A stretch of 60,491 bases of DNA, the filler included, from Nemertoderma westbladi (taxonomy: Eukaryota > Animalia > Xenacoelomorpha), in NCBI GenBank assembly GCA_032718475.1. It is 3 parts of 3 records of this genome, joined end to end, with 100 filler letters (N's around TTAATTAATTAA, not from the genome) between each part and the next. Parts side by side here need not be neighbours in the genome. Positions count along the whole stretch, not along the records: positions 28,399 to 52,624 come from JAUCBJ010006146.1; 2 more parts are not named here. One strand, 5' to 3'. Below the pieces are notes generated by a model, which did not search any database, was not told where the DNA came from, and saw only the letters and a list, made by a program, of their open reading frames with translations. Both the position numbers and the translations under genes were made by a program. Positions 35,687-49,349 of this stretch are shown piece by piece. Positions within the stretch are counted from its first letter, which is position 1; every line of letters begins with the position of its first letter.

Positions 35687-38143
35687 GATGAGGTATCTAA
35701 GTTTTTCTCCATTAGATAGTACAGAGTTCTGTATGTTATCTTTGTAATATTCATTAAAAGGTAACCATTTCATCTCATCTCCATTGAACTTGACGATCTC
35801 TCCCACCTTTACCGCTTGCCGGGCTTCGGTTCTAGCCATTTGACGCGTAAAACTTTCTTGGGCCATCGTGTTATTTAATATCGAGTTATCGGTATATAAA
35901 TTTCTCGGATTATGATCAGTTCTATATGGAATATCATTATCAACAGGTCTATAATTACCCTTAATAGGGTTCACTATAGGAGTTTCTACTTCGCTAGCAG
36001 TATAGATGCGTGTAGGCTCCACACCTTGCGCATGCGATACTTCAGACCTAACAGGTTGACACATTGTTACAGAGGGTGGTGGTATACCCTTTTGAGTGTT
36101 TACTAATTTATCGCGTTCGAGCGCGATACTTTGCTGCACTTCTTGCAACTCTAGCCTACTTTCCCTTACTGTGCCCTTGAATTGCTGGACAGTCTCCTGC
36201 ATCTGCCCGAGCAGGATATCCATCCCCCGCCGTCTCTCGTCCACCCATTCGACCGCCGAAGCGGGAGTCGCCAACGTTGTAGCGGGCGGACGAGGGACAA
36301 CGGGCGACAAATTGTGAATATTTCGCTCGGGGTCCAGGACCTGAACTGTCTCCTGGGCAGTTCTGCGGGGCACAGGTAGCTTAGTGCTATGCAGAGGGAA
36401 TTTAGAGGTAACTTCAGGGAGCACAGGGGTGTCTATCACCGAAGGGGTGATTTCTAGAACAGGCCTAATTATTTCAGGCTCATCTACTATAGTAGGGAGT
36501 CTTTCTATTTTAATTATTTGGTCTGTGGGTTCTGTACTGCCTAAGTTGGTGCTATTTAGTTGCCTTCTAACAGCTGGAGGCAAATCAGGCAATTTCTGAC
36601 GGTGGAATGTTCTTTTACGTCTGCTTAGACGAGATCTATTTCCTTTGCCGTCAGTATCGGTAGTATCGCCTTCCTCAGATGATGTATATCCCTGCCTTTT
36701 GGGAGTAGATCGATTCATCATCTGCATATTACTAGCTGTTAACTGTTTATTTATGCAGTCTTGATTCTCCTGAATGTTTTCCAATTCTAATTGGGTGGTT
36801 TCTTCAGCCGCCTTCCGTTCTGCTTCTGCCACTTTTGCCTCTGCCGCTGCCTCTGCCGCTGCCTCTGCCGCCTTTGCCTCTGCCGCTGCCTTGGCCGCTG
36901 CCTCTGCCGCTTTTGCCTTGGCCGCTGCCACCTTTCTTTCTGCTTCTGCGGCTACCACTGCTGCTTTCTTTCTGTCTTCTATACGTTTTTTCTTTACTTG
37001 TTCTTCTTGGACTCGTGTGATGCGGAGTTGTTCATCAAATTTGGCCTGATTCGCAGCCCTCATTTCCACATCGATGGCATCCAACACAAGCTTGGTTCCT
37101 TCACTATTAGGGCTAAGTCCCTCTAACCTTCTCCTCAACTCGTCATCACCTAAAAAACGTTGATAGTCTGACAGATAAATGTCAATGGCATCCCTCTTAT
37201 GCGGTTTCTCTGCCGTCGCTTCACTTTCCACTTGGGAAAAAGTAGCGTCTGTTGATTCTCCATGGGTTGATCGCTCCTCCAGCTGAGCTTTCCACTGAGC
37301 TGTTCCTTGAACCTGGAGATTCACCCTTTGAAACCAAGTCTTTACGGCAACTTGCAACGACGTGTCTTGCCTTCGTTTAGAAGCCTCCTCAAAGGCAGAT
37401 AATATTAGCCTGATTCGTAGAATTCTTTCTCTAACTTGATAAAGCAGCAATCCCTGCTCTTGAGGTCCTTGAGGTTGTTGAAACAGTTGTTCTTTTAATC
37501 GCTCTATAGAGCTGAAGAATCCCTGTGCGTATCCGGCTGCGGACCTCTTCCACACAGCTGGATCGATGGTTTCCTTGGCTACTCCCATCCGGTGTATGTC
37601 TTCCCAGGCAGCTTCTGATAAATCAAACGGGAGTCCGGGTCCGGGGAAGTTCCATTGCGACTCGACAATAGACTTCAGTTCTTCACTCGTGTATCCCGCA
37701 TAACTATCTCTAGTTGACCGTTGACTTCTCGCCCAATCGATCTGGTGTTCTTCCACCGCGATCAATAACCTAGTGAGTACGGCTGCAGGAAGGATGAGAA
37801 GGGGATCCGTATAAACCGCATCCGTCATCTCTGCTCCGCGCTCGGGTGTCAGCTCTACAGTATCCTCACTACTGGAGCTGCTGGGCCGCTGAGGAATAAG
37901 TTCTTGACTAGCGGGTTGTTGCTGTTCCGCTGCTTCTTGGTCCCGCTTGACCTGAGCTCGGGTGCCTATGATAGACCTACGATGTTGGACTAGCCTAGGT
38001 TCTGTTATTACTACTGGAGGGATGACCTTCCTCACAGTGGGAGGTGAACTGAACTTACGACTAGACGGTTGTACGTCTCTATCTGAGTCGCAGATAGTTA
38101 CATCTAATAAACTGTCTGACAGGTTCTGCTTAGTATCAGACAT
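35687..38143 (-). pseudogene. BEL/Pao retrotransposon gag, truncated by the Polinton insertion
   Basis: AAEAKAAEA coiled coil, then KFNGDEMKWLPFNEYYKDNI...SNGEKLRYL (DUF1759-like Gag motif). The final residues of the ORF are read from Polinton sequence. Confidence 0.8.
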
Positions 38144-39514
38144 GACTATGTATACCGTTGAATGTCTACTGCTGTATTACAGTCTGAGCAAGTCTAGTAA
38201 CTCAGTATTAACTGCTAGCCTAGTAATTAATTACCGATACTGCTACTCAGTGTAGTAGGATATATATATAATATATGAGAACACCGGTATGCTTATAGTA
38301 TATATAAGTATTATTACAGACTAGGTTTATCTCAGAATACCGGTATAATTTTAGCACAAATATATATAAATATATAATAGGCCTATCGGGAATACCGGTA
38401 TACAGCTTACAATTTGTAGTATATATAATTCTGGACTAGAATTAATTACAAGTACCGGTATAATTTCAGCCTAAATTTACAGAAATAAAAATAATAGGCC
38501 TATCGTAAATACCGGTATATCAATTATTTTAAATAATTGAATTTCTGAACTTTAGGGTTACTTTGTTACTTTACTTACTTTATTACCGTTATTTGAACAG
38601 TAGTCCAACTGATATTGAGACCTAATTGTTGTATGGCAGGCCTACTATTTATAAATCGTTTGAGTTGATTTATAATATATATATACCCGTTTTAATGGGT
38701 TTTGTCAATATTTGAAATAAATGTTATTATTTCTGGGGAGTAATCACTACACAAAGCGGTGCGCTTTCAGTGAAGTGTTACTTATAGGACACTAAAACAA
38801 ATAATTCTAATTTACCTAAGTTACTTAATACTACAAATTACGTACGATTCGGGTTGAGATTACAATCTCTAAATAAACACAAAAATTTACAAAAAACACA
38901 AAATACGAATTTTTAGGGTAATTTTACAAGAAGTCTACTAACCAGCCTAACAAAGGGTTAGAAATCTGGTTATTACAACGGACAGGGTACTACGGTATTT
39001 GAAATAATAAGTAGTAGTAAATACACTGCGTTGTCCAGATAGGAAAATACCACCGCCTGACGACCTATAGCCGTATCGCTATAGGTTCTACGTTATGTAT
39101 CACGGAGTGTTCCTACCTAGAAGTTAATAGAGCTAATCGAACGTGCCTATCAACCACTTTACAACACAAATATAATGTCTACACTAATTACTTTCGGAAA
39201 GCACTGTACACTAAACCCTAAATTAGGTACGAGTACTTGTACAACAGATAATCAGTAGTTAAATATACTTGAACAGCTAAAAGAACCACGGCATCTGCTG
39301 GAGTGACCGATGCACAAAATCACCAGTCTTTACCTACGCCAAGCAGCCCGTGTAGTACCGAGGTTAATTTAACTATAGCGGTATGTATAACAAACACAAT
39401 TACTGTAGGAACAAACTTGGGGAATGAATGTTGCGGATAATCGCATAAACTCTGAATAATAAATATTACGCTACGCGTACAAACTACTCAAACAAAATGC
39501 AGACCGAACACTGA

Positions 39515-40030
39515 CAGACTACTATCAAGCCTAAACAAACTACGGTATATGCAGACTCCGAAATGATTAGGGAGTATGCGCTCTAACCCAGTAGTGCGAC
39601 TTATTCTTTAGTTGGGGGTTTACCTTACAGCGTTCGCTGCCCCTACTTCCTAACCGTACTTAATCAGACAAATGATCTACACACACTGCAATCCGTTCAG
39701 ACCTAACAACAGCCGGACAACTATCCAGCCTACAAATTATCTAAATAAAATTATACGCTACCCGTACAGACTTACACAAACAAAGTACAGACTAAACGAT
39801 GGCAGACTACTCTCAAGCCTAAATAAACTACAGGACATGCAGACTCCGAAATGATTAGGGAGTATGCGCTCTAACCCAGTAGTGCGACTTATTCTTTAGT
39901 TGGGGGTTTACCTTACAGCGTTCGCTGCCCCTACTTCCTAACCGTACTTAATCGGACAGGTGATCTACACACACTGCAATCCGTTCAGACTTAACAGCAA
40001 TCAGACAACAGCTCAGCCTACAAATTGTCT
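39515..40030. repeat. ~290-bp tandem duplication in the putative retrotransposon 5' UTR
   Basis: GCAGACTCCGAAATGATTAGGG...CCGTTCAGAC present at ~39551 and ~39839. Confidence 0.9.
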
Positions 40031-41617
40031 GTACAATCTGATCAGGCTTACACGCCTTCTGTTCAATACTGGCCTACAAACAAATAAAACTTGACAGAAA
40101 TAAGTAAAAATCTCAATAAAAAACCAGGGCGGGCCCTCCCTGATTAATTATTAAGGCCTACCGGTATATAATTATCAAAATCGAATAATACTGCTGTACC
40201 TGTACTGCTGTAGGTACCGGTCCGGGTGGTTAGGTAGTCAGGCCTACTGGGTACCGGTTGCCGGTACTTCAGCTTTATTGCCTACTGCAATACAGAAGCT
40301 ATATCCTTTAATGTTCGCGCTTTTAGACCTTTGGCAGTTTAACCCACCAAATTAAGATGTCTTCTAGATATTAAATCGGTTTTTAGTCTATGACAAGTAT
40401 TTGATTCACTACACTAGTCGAAACCAATCTGTGCGCGATCATTCACCCGCTGGATATTCCCGGGAGATTGGGTTCGACGGTTTAATTTTATTGCTATGTA
40501 AGCCTAATGTATTATTCGACTGACAGTATTATATAATCTCTGACAATATTATTCACCTTCGGGAATATTAACAGTTCCTTTAGGACGTGGCGCTTTATCT
40601 ATATAAACAGAGTTATGACTTAAACTACTCACAACGATATGGCTTAATTATAATTCACATATATGGCGCATTCTTTAGGAATTGCTTCTTTAACAGACTC
40701 ACTCATACACAATGCTGCACAATACTGCACACTAATCTGCCAATCTTCACTGATTTTAGTCACATATAAAAGGAACACAGACTGACTCATGTAGGGTCTA
40801 TCAAATAACATTAGATTCACTTCAAACCACTTTAACATAAGTCACAATCGTTATTGGTAACCTTTCTCTCTTACCTTCGGTATATCAAGAATATTGGGTT
40901 TTCGGGGTTATTTCTCGTTATTCCAATATAATAATTCATCAACAAATATAATGAATAACCGACAACAAATAGCAGTATACAGTATCGATTGAGCAGGTAA
41001 TTTTAGCAGTTTCAGCAGTTGTTAAAGCCGTGTGTCAGCAGTCAGTGTATTCCCAGATCAGTGATTCCATGAGTTTGATCGGTATGTCAGTACACAGATG
41101 TCAGTTAAAGGATATATGCCCTTATAATTAAACCTACTAGTGTAAGACTAAAAACTGAAAACACGGAGGTGCCAAAAGCCGGTTCTTAGGCTCTGGGCAA
41201 AAACATAACACTGAACTACTGAGTTTCTGTATATACCTCCAACACAGAGACAACAAACGCTCTGATTGGTCAACCTGAACAACGAGAGAACAAAGAAACA
41301 AAGAAACGTCGACGTGGCAATATCAGCTGCTAGCCGTCGTCATGGTAGCGACACTGTTTTCAAAGTATCCAGCTATTGCGTCACGAGATTGTGGATTATG
41401 TCCTCTAAAGTACAAATACAGTACAAATACATAAGAAATGACTTTTATGTCCTCTAAAACACCAGTACAGCAAGGACACGGCCTTTTTATGCCTGGCAAA
41501 CCAACTACAGAGTACTTTAAGGGAAAATAACCGGCTAATTACGCAAAAGCTTTTACAACGTCTTTTAGATCAATACACACCTTGCAATATAGAAGATTGA
41601 AAGATCCTCTGGTATAA

Positions 41618-41675
41618 GCAGAATTTCAACTTTCGGCAGAATTTCAACTTTCGGCAGAATTTCAACTTTCGGCAG
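41618..41675. repeat. 18-bp tandem repeat x3
   Basis: GCAGAATTTCAACTTTCG three times in a row. Confidence 0.85.
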
Positions 41676-44388
41676 CCTTTTGATGACACGTAATTGAATG
41701 TCTCCTCTCCTACTGATGGCCGAATGCTCTCTATTCAGTGCTTTGACTGCACGTTTGACAGTCGAGCTTCATTCTGATGGCGCTATTCATTTGAATGCCT
41801 TGGTATGTCCATGGGGTAGCGTCCATGGTGTAGTCATGGGGCAGGCCAGATTTCTTACAGTATCCACAAACTATACTATGTGAAGCTATATTTTCGAGTA
41901 TCGAAGAGTTTAGCATTGATGGTTGCAATTTCCTGCATTTCTGAAATAAGTGAAACAATGTGAATGTGCAACAAGAAGCACTGCACTGGAGGCAATCAGA
42001 AGACTCCTCTCTCTCGGTTGTTACCTGTCAGGTAGGAAGGGGACCACAGTAACACCCACTACTTGGTGGTACAGTATATAAAAACAATGTTCTGCACAAG
42101 TGGCTTGAAATCACGGAAACGGCAGCAACTGAACATTCTGAACCTGAGGATATTGCTTGATTGATCTGGGACATTTGAGAAAAGGTATGTACTTTAATTA
42201 ACTCAAAAAAGCTTTAGGGGTAATCCTATATGTTATGTTGGACAATACCTTTATACCGGTACATTGTTTGGTGTATTTGTTATTGTTTTTACATAATGTA
42301 TAAATAAATAAATCTATCTATCTATGATCAGTTCTCGTCAGTAGCGCTAATAGGTTCATCCACTCTTCCCTGACGACACTCGCTTACTAGTTATTCAACT
42401 TCTATTGAACAGGCAGCCTTTAGTTTTATCCTACAATTAATTTATTGTTTAAAAACTGAATACTGGCAGACAAATCTATTGTTTTTTTACATTTCCCCAG
42501 TTTGATAAAAATAAATCCAACAATCCTGTCATTGAAGGATCCTGTGATAATTTTTGATAAAACATTTGTTTGGTTAAATGTGTTTTAATTTCGATGCGAA
42601 GATTATAATTTTACCCATGTATTTATAGAATTCGTTGGAGAAAATGCCACCTGTGGGTACGCTAAAGTTATTGGCACATAAACATTAATTATCATGTAAT
42701 CCATCATAACATTAGATAATCTAAATTTAATTACAAATAAGGTGTATTAATAATGTAAGTTAATTATTTAATGCATTTTTACAGATAAGATTCAAAATGC
42801 ATTCATTATCAAGCCATGTTGCAAATAAAAATTTATAAGCTCTTGGATAGAAACTTGTGTCATATCTAAATGAATGTACTGTACAGTAGCAACACGCCCA
42901 CACGAAGTTATAGATAATATGCTTATGTTCTTACGCTCCCACTCCTCAAGTTCTGGAAAACTGGCTCAGGAATATGCTAAGGTGGTTATGATTGTGTGCA
43001 GACTGCACACAAATGTAGCCCTACTTTCAATACCTACCTGACTCTCATGAACTGGTAACGTCTGTGACTGAGGTTAGGCAGTGGCGTGGTGGGACCAAGT
43101 AAGGGGCCCGGGAAATCCCAAAATAAGGGCCCATTCATAAATGCTAGATCACCTCGAATTTTGACCAACCCCCCCCCTCACAGCCTCATGCACAAAATAT
43201 TTTCTAGAAAAAGGCTTTTATAAAATTTTAAAGAAACAAATATAATGGCACAATTAATCATAATAATATTGTATAAGTAGTGATATAGGGCCGCACACAA
43301 TATATACCTATAATAGTAACATTCGTTGTGAAGGGAATAAATTTACTTTTGAACCCAGAAAACGTTTATAGGCAATAAAACAACCAAAAGGTAATGCAAC
43401 ATTGTTGCGCGGGTGTAGCCTACATGTATTTTAAACATTATTATTGTGTGGTATTGTCAAATAATTTACAATAGTTTTGAGTTATTCAAAAAAATCAAGT
43501 CTCCCATAAAGTCAAGTCTCCCTCACTCTCCCTAGTGAAGGAAAGCTGGAGAAAAGGATTCAAATATGTAGAATTTCGTTGAAAAATGGCCGACATATTC
43601 AATAATGTTCAATAATTAGGGCGTTCAATAATGTTGCATAGTGTTGCACCTCTACATTCTTAAGGCCATGATACACCACAGGAGCGGCGAGCGGCAGCGG
43701 CGAGCGGCCGCGGCAAGCGGCCACTTTTTAAAAATAGAACACATTATTTTCTATGGGTGATGATACACCACAAATGGCCGCTGCCGCTCGCCGCTACAAC
43801 CCACTGCTTTTTTAAAAACTTTCTCTACAGTATAATTCCCCAGCGGCCGCTGCGGGCAGCCGCCGCTTCAAAATAGAGCACATTATTCTCTATGGGTGAT
43901 GATACACCACAAATGGCCGCTGCAGCTCGCCGCTGCAGCCCACTGCCCTTTTAGAACTTGCTCTATTTTTTGAGCGGCGAGCGTCGGCAGTGAGCGGCTT
44001 CTGTGTTTTTCACCAATGATAAAGATTGGATCTCATCACATGAATAAAGGAAAGACTGGGGGCATTTCGTGATTTTTTTTTACTCGGCACAAACAACTGC
44101 AGAAATGTTGTAATTTATATGCAATTAGGCACTAGTGTGTGTTTTTAGCAAAACTTTCTATTTGTACTACCGGTACCTAATTGCAAATAATGGTCGGGGT
44201 GGGGTGTCAGGCACGGCGATCATATGATGCCATGGAAACTATTTTCGAGATTGTGCTGCGTTGCTAGACGCTCAGGATAAACAAAACAATCACTTCATCC
44301 CATTTTTATAGACAAACGACATTTTGGTACATTTCTAGTTGATATTTTTGCTGTGTTTACTACACTAGGCCTACAGTATTTTATCAAC

Positions 44389-45329
44389 ATGGATCAGGAA
44401 ATCGAAAGTGGTGAAAATAATCTGATTTCAATGCTAATTGAGAACATGAAATCACAGCCTTGTCTATGGAATCCCAGTCTGGCAGAGTATAAAATGAAAG
44501 GTGTTGTGAAGAGGGCATGGGAAAATGTAGCAGCTAGTTGTCATGAAACAGGTGAGCTGTACGTAAGTTGTCTAGCTGATATTTAAAAAATCTAATTTTT
44601 TAGATACATTTTTTCTAGTGTTTTTTTACTAGCTATTGTAGTATTTTTTGAAATTTAAAAAATTTGTGAAACCATTTGAAATTTCTGAATTAGGCCTAAA
44701 CTGAGTGCAGAATATATTTTAATGACGAAAAATATTGAATATTAATTCATATTAATTCAAAATATTAATTATTTTTTACAATATTAATTATTTTTTACAA
44801 TATTAATTATTTTTTACAATATTAATTATTTTTTACAATATTAATTTTTATCTATTGTCTTAAAATTTGTATTAATTTAAACTCAAGTTCCTGGTATATA
44901 TAATTTTTATAGTGGCTTCTACGAAACGCAAATGGAAACAACTAAGGGACACCTACAGAAGGTTAAAGGCCAAAGTAAGAGCAGGAGAGGGAGCTACTGA
45001 AAGAGGCTATGGGAGTGATGCGCGCATGTAGTCAATCGAAATGTAACCAAGAAAGTGAGGACACCACAGCCAACAAGGCGTATGCAGAGTATGTAACACT
45101 CGAGCTGCAAAAGATACCAGAACAACAACGCAGTCTGGCAAAGTTCCGTATTCAAGAAATTCTCTACTTGGCACAGAATAACCGCCTAGGAATGTCTATC
45201 GAAACACAACAACCATGTAATATGTTGCCATACTATGCATCACCTCAGGCATATCAACAACAATATCAACAACAATCAGAATTTACATATAGTGCACAGA
45301 CATCGCCAAAGACATACATGTCCTTATAG
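44389..45329 (+). pseudogene. Harbinger MADF/Myb-SANT DNA-binding protein (exon 44389-44551, exon from 44913), frame disrupted
   Basis: LIENMKSQPCLWNP...AWENVA spliced to VASTKRKWKQLRDTYRR; BESS-like YAEYVTLELQKIP...AKFRIQEILY lies in another frame. Confidence 0.8.
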
Positions 45330-45389
45330 TTCTAAGAAATAGTTACATATTGAGTATTGAGAAATTTAGGTGAAATTTATTTGATAACT

Positions 45390-46564
45390 TCATGTATGAT
45401 TATTTAATGAAAATGTGTACTGTACTGTATCTTGCCATGAAACTCTACCAGGTCCACTAAAATAGTGTCGAAGTTTGTCTCTGATGTTTTGTGCAGAGTC
45501 TGAGTTACGATTTCCCCCTTGACAAACTAAACTTTGTAAGTTACTCTCATGCTCTCTGCCACCTGGTTCTTCGAGGGTATGGCTACTATCCGACTCGATG
45601 TTAGAAGGTATGTACGCAATAACCTTCTCACGCAGCAAGTTGTGTAATACACAACAACACCATATAATTTTTTCTGTCTTTTCTGGGCTGAGGAGTATTT
45701 TACTCTGAAATACTTGAAATCGAGCTGCCATTATGCCGAACGCGTTTTCAGATGTTCTCCGGGCTCTGTTCAGCCTATAGTTAAAGATGCGATGCTCATC
45801 AGTTAACATTAATCTGTTACTATAGGGCTTCATAATATTTTCTTTCAAAGGAAAAGCATAATCTGCATCTATTACGTAAGGTATGGGCATTGCCTCTGGT
45901 AGATCATGAGGTAGAACGGATTCCTTGGGTAAGTTCAATTCTCCATTTTCTAAAGCTTTGGAAATATCGGATTGAATAAATATTCCACCATCATTCATTC
46001 TTCCATTGTAGCCAACATCCAGGTACTTGAACCGGTACTCAGCATCAACCAATGCCAACATGACAACACTGTTGAAATTTTTGTAATTAAAATAAAGTGA
46101 TCCACTATTTGGAGGAGGTGATATTCGAACATGTTTCGAACATATTCGAACAACAACAAAGGTACAGGTCTTTAAGGGCAAGCACCAATGACTCACACGT
46201 TTCTGGAATAAGGACTCCAATGGTTGTTCGATGAATACGGAAAATGTACTGGAGATCAGTAAACTGGAGTAAGATAACGTAGGGTTACCACCAACCTCTC
46301 ACTTGGAGAGATACTCGTCCTATAGTTTGTATCTTGACGCTGTATATATGGAACTACAGTGTCAACAAGCTCTTTAAAAGTTTCGTTATCCATTCTCAGG
46401 AAATTCCTATATGCTCCTAGATCATATACTTGTAGTTCAGCCATTAAATTATTATAAGCTCCCTGTTGTTTGTGCGGTTTTGAAACCATTCTTGTAGCCA
46501 AATTGCACGGATTTTTCTCCTCTGACGTCTTCGTCTTAGCAGAATACGTATTGATAAAGCACAC
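45390..46564 (-). pseudogene. Harbinger (HARBI1-like) DDE transposase, internally deleted
   Basis: YRNFLRMD, ISPSERLVVTLRYL, YFNYKNFNSVVMLALVDA, DYAFPL, FNYRLNRARRTSENAFG, LHN. The IDGKH catalytic motif is scrambled. Confidence 0.9.
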
Positions 46565-47873
46565 GCCAAGATTTTGCTTCTATCACCTCTACTACCATCC
46601 ATTTTAAAGATCTTGTAATTGTTATTTTAATATATCTTAATATCTTATTGTGCACTTTTTTGAATAAATAAAATATAACTTTAAAATATTGGGGCGGATC
46701 GGGGTAATGACTCGCGGTATCATAAGAAAATCCCACTATACCGTAGGGCTATTTCGTTGCATCATGTGTAAAAACACAAACATTCTAGAATAAATAATAT
46801 CAGTTATCCTCAAGGTGTTATTTAAAAGTCGTCGAAGTACTAAATATTTTGGGGATGTGTAATTCAATTGGTAACTTCAAGTTGTGTATCATGGCCTTTA
46901 AAGTTTATTAAGCCATGGGACTGGGAGTGGCACAATAAAACGCGATAAAGTGAATAAATAATAAATTAAATTAAAAGCACCGCCACTTAGATATACTGAA
47001 GTAGAGTTGATGAATCCGGTGGAGATTCTATTTCATAAATACACCATATTCTGGAACATTTTGTTAATGTATGAATAGCTACATTATAGTATGATTGAAG
47101 AGTTGCATTGTTGCCCATCTACGTATTGATAAACAAAATGATTCTAGAATATGGTGTATTTATTAAATATAATAAAATAACCTCACAGAGGTGCAAAACT
47201 ATGTAACATTTGAACGCTCATATCTCGGCTATTGTTCAACGAAATTCAGATTGTGTTACATATTTGGAATCCTTGCATGTTCAGCTTTCCATCCGTACAA
47301 ACAGATCACAATAATGTTAAATAAAAACTTCGGTATATCTGTTGCAATTACGACCGAGGCGCCTTTCTTAAACGCTTTTAGCTAAAAAATGAGAACAAAA
47401 ATAAAAATGCTGACTCACCCACCCAAATCACGAGGGTCAAATTTCATGCAATCCCATTCAGATTTGTATAAAAACAATTTTTTTTGTGGGGGGAGGGGGG
47501 GAATGCAGCTGAATAACGACACTATATTCCATGAAATGGTGTACTACTGTACTGTGGGGCGAGCGACGAAAGTAAGCGAGCTTAGCATACAGGTACCACT
47601 AACTCAATCGGTGTGTCTGTTGATCTGTCGATCTGTTGTTCTGTCGTTCTGTTGTTCTGTCGTTCTGTCGTGTCCAATTTTAAACGTTAATCTCGATAAA
47701 ATATATCTGGCAAAAGTTTAGAAATTTTCCAAGTTGAATTTGCGTGGGGTCTTCGTGCAGCATCTGTGTAACTGTCTTACAGTTATAATAAATTAGCTCA
47801 TCAGCTCATTAGAACAGGCTGTTTCTAGTGTTGGTATTGTTATTAACTTGTTATAAGCTCAAAGGATGGTATG

Positions 47874-48190
47874 CTTGAGCATGTGGATGACTTCTGTTAC
47901 CTGGGATCATGGATCCAGAAGTCAGGTGAGGACCTACGAATGCGTAAGGGAAAGGCATGGGCAGCCTTGAATAGGCTTTCCAGGATTTGGAAGTCACATG
48001 AAATTCATCGGTAACTTAAGGTCCGATTATTTCGAGCAGCAGTCGTTCCAGTACTCCTCTATGGGAGTCCATGCTGGGCTCTAACTGCTGAGGACACAAA
48101 ATCTCTGGATGGCACATTCACAAGAATGCTATGCCGGGTTCATTGTGTCAAGTACAATGCACCTATCTCCAACCAGACACTATCTGGTCT
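47874..48190 (+). pseudogene. RTE-clade LINE ORF2 fragment
   Basis: My translation: LEHVDDFCYLGSWI...RKGKAWAALNRLSRIWKS..*LKVRLFRAAVVPVLLYGSPCW, with an internal stop. Confidence 0.8.
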
Positions 48191-48663
48191 TCGCCAACCA
48201 GCGCTGACGGAAAATAATCACTCACTGAAGTTGACTTAGTTAGAATCAAATTAATATTAGTTAGAATTAAATTAATATTATGTTAAAGATATTGTAAGTT
48301 GCTACAATATTTATTTATTTCACATATAACATTAAAACATTAAATTACTTTTCGCATAAACATATATTCCTTATTTATAACATATTAATGAATATGAATC
48401 ATTATTATATAATATTATTATTTATTTATTATTATATATTATTAATTGAATATATTGGCATATATATAATAAAAAAAAAGAGTAAATAAATTTTTTACAT
48501 TTTTTAAATTTTTTAAATTATATTCACATTAGGCATATCTATGTATTTATTAATATATATATATTTTGAAATTACACGTCTTTGGGTTGTTACTCGACTC
48601 TCATATCATTGTAGGGCCTTATCGCCCCTTACACCTTTACCACCCCTGGACCTTATCGCCCCC

Positions 48664-49260
48664 TGTTCAGCACCATGGGTGATCTTCCACAGCAAACCCT
48701 TCCACTCTGTTTCCCAAGGGAATGACTGTTCACCACTATGGGTGATCTTCCGCAGTAAACCTTCCACTTGTTTCCCAAAGGAATGCCTGTTCAGCACCAT
48801 GGGTGATCTTCCACAGTAAACCCTTCCACTCTGTTTCCTAAAGGAATGCCTGTTCACCACCTTGGGTGATCTTCCGCAGTAAACATTCCACTTGTTTCCC
48901 AAAGGAATGCCTGTTCAGCACCATGGGTGATCTTCCACAGTAAACCCTTCCACTCTGTTTCCCAAAGGAATGCCTGTTCACCACCTTGGGTGATCTTCCG
49001 CAGTAAACCTTCCACTCAGTTTCCCAAAGGAATGCCTGTTCAGCACCATGGGTGATCTTCCACAGTAAACCCTTCCACTCTGTTTCCCAAGGGAATGACT
49101 GTTCACCACTATGGGTGATCTTCCGCAGTAAACCTTCCACTTGTTTCCCAAAGGAATGCCTGTTCAGCACCATGGGTGATCTTCCACAGTAAACCCTTCC
49201 ACTCTGTTTCCCAAAGGGATGCCTTTACACCAACATGGGTGAGCTTCCACAGTAAACCTT
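48664..49260. repeat. ~61-bp tandem repeat, about 10 copies in alternating variants
   Basis: TGTTCAGCACCATGGGTGATCTTCCACAGTAAACCCTTCCACTCTGTTTCCCAAAGGAATGCC units. Confidence 0.92.
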
Positions 49261-49275
49261 GTGCCCAAACAGTAC

Positions 49276-49349
49276 TGCGACGTCCAGGGATCGGACCTGG
49301 GTCCTCCTGAATGAGAACCCAGATTGTTACCATTCGACCAAGCGGCTGC
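49276..49349 (-). pseudogene. tRNA-Glu(CTC)-derived SINE head or tRNA pseudogene
   Basis: A-box-like TGGTCGAATGGT, loop TT-CTC-AT, T-arm CCAGG-TCCGATC-CCTGG; acceptor stem pairs poorly. Confidence 0.6.

Larger units (their letters stand above)
35687..40837 (-). mobile_element. BEL/Pao LTR retrotransposon 5' part (putative LTR ~40312-40837, long 5' UTR, gag)
   Basis: gag ORF; 40312-40365 (starting TGTTCG) recurs inverted at 52725-52778 with homology ending at ...AACA; AATAAA and TATA-like motifs on the minus strand. The outer LTR boundary is a guess. Confidence 0.5.
43663..46897. mobile_element. PIF/Harbinger DNA transposon, defective
   Basis: TIR AGGCCATGATACAC / GTGTATCATGGCCT, TTA TSD at 43660-43662 and 46898-46900, convergent MADF and transposase genes. 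Confidence 0.93.

Noticed and set aside
35642-38143. 833-aa ORF as a Polinton gene or complete protein
   Set aside because: It lies outside the AGTAGTAG terminus, has BEL Gag motifs, and its stop codon comes from the inserted element.
41698-42190. Possible coding exon with Cys pairs
   Set aside because: Stops in the frames I translated and no recognisable family motif.
49276-49349. Functional tRNA-Glu gene
   Set aside because: Acceptor and anticodon stems pair poorly and the T-loop lacks the TTC consensus; better read as a SINE head.
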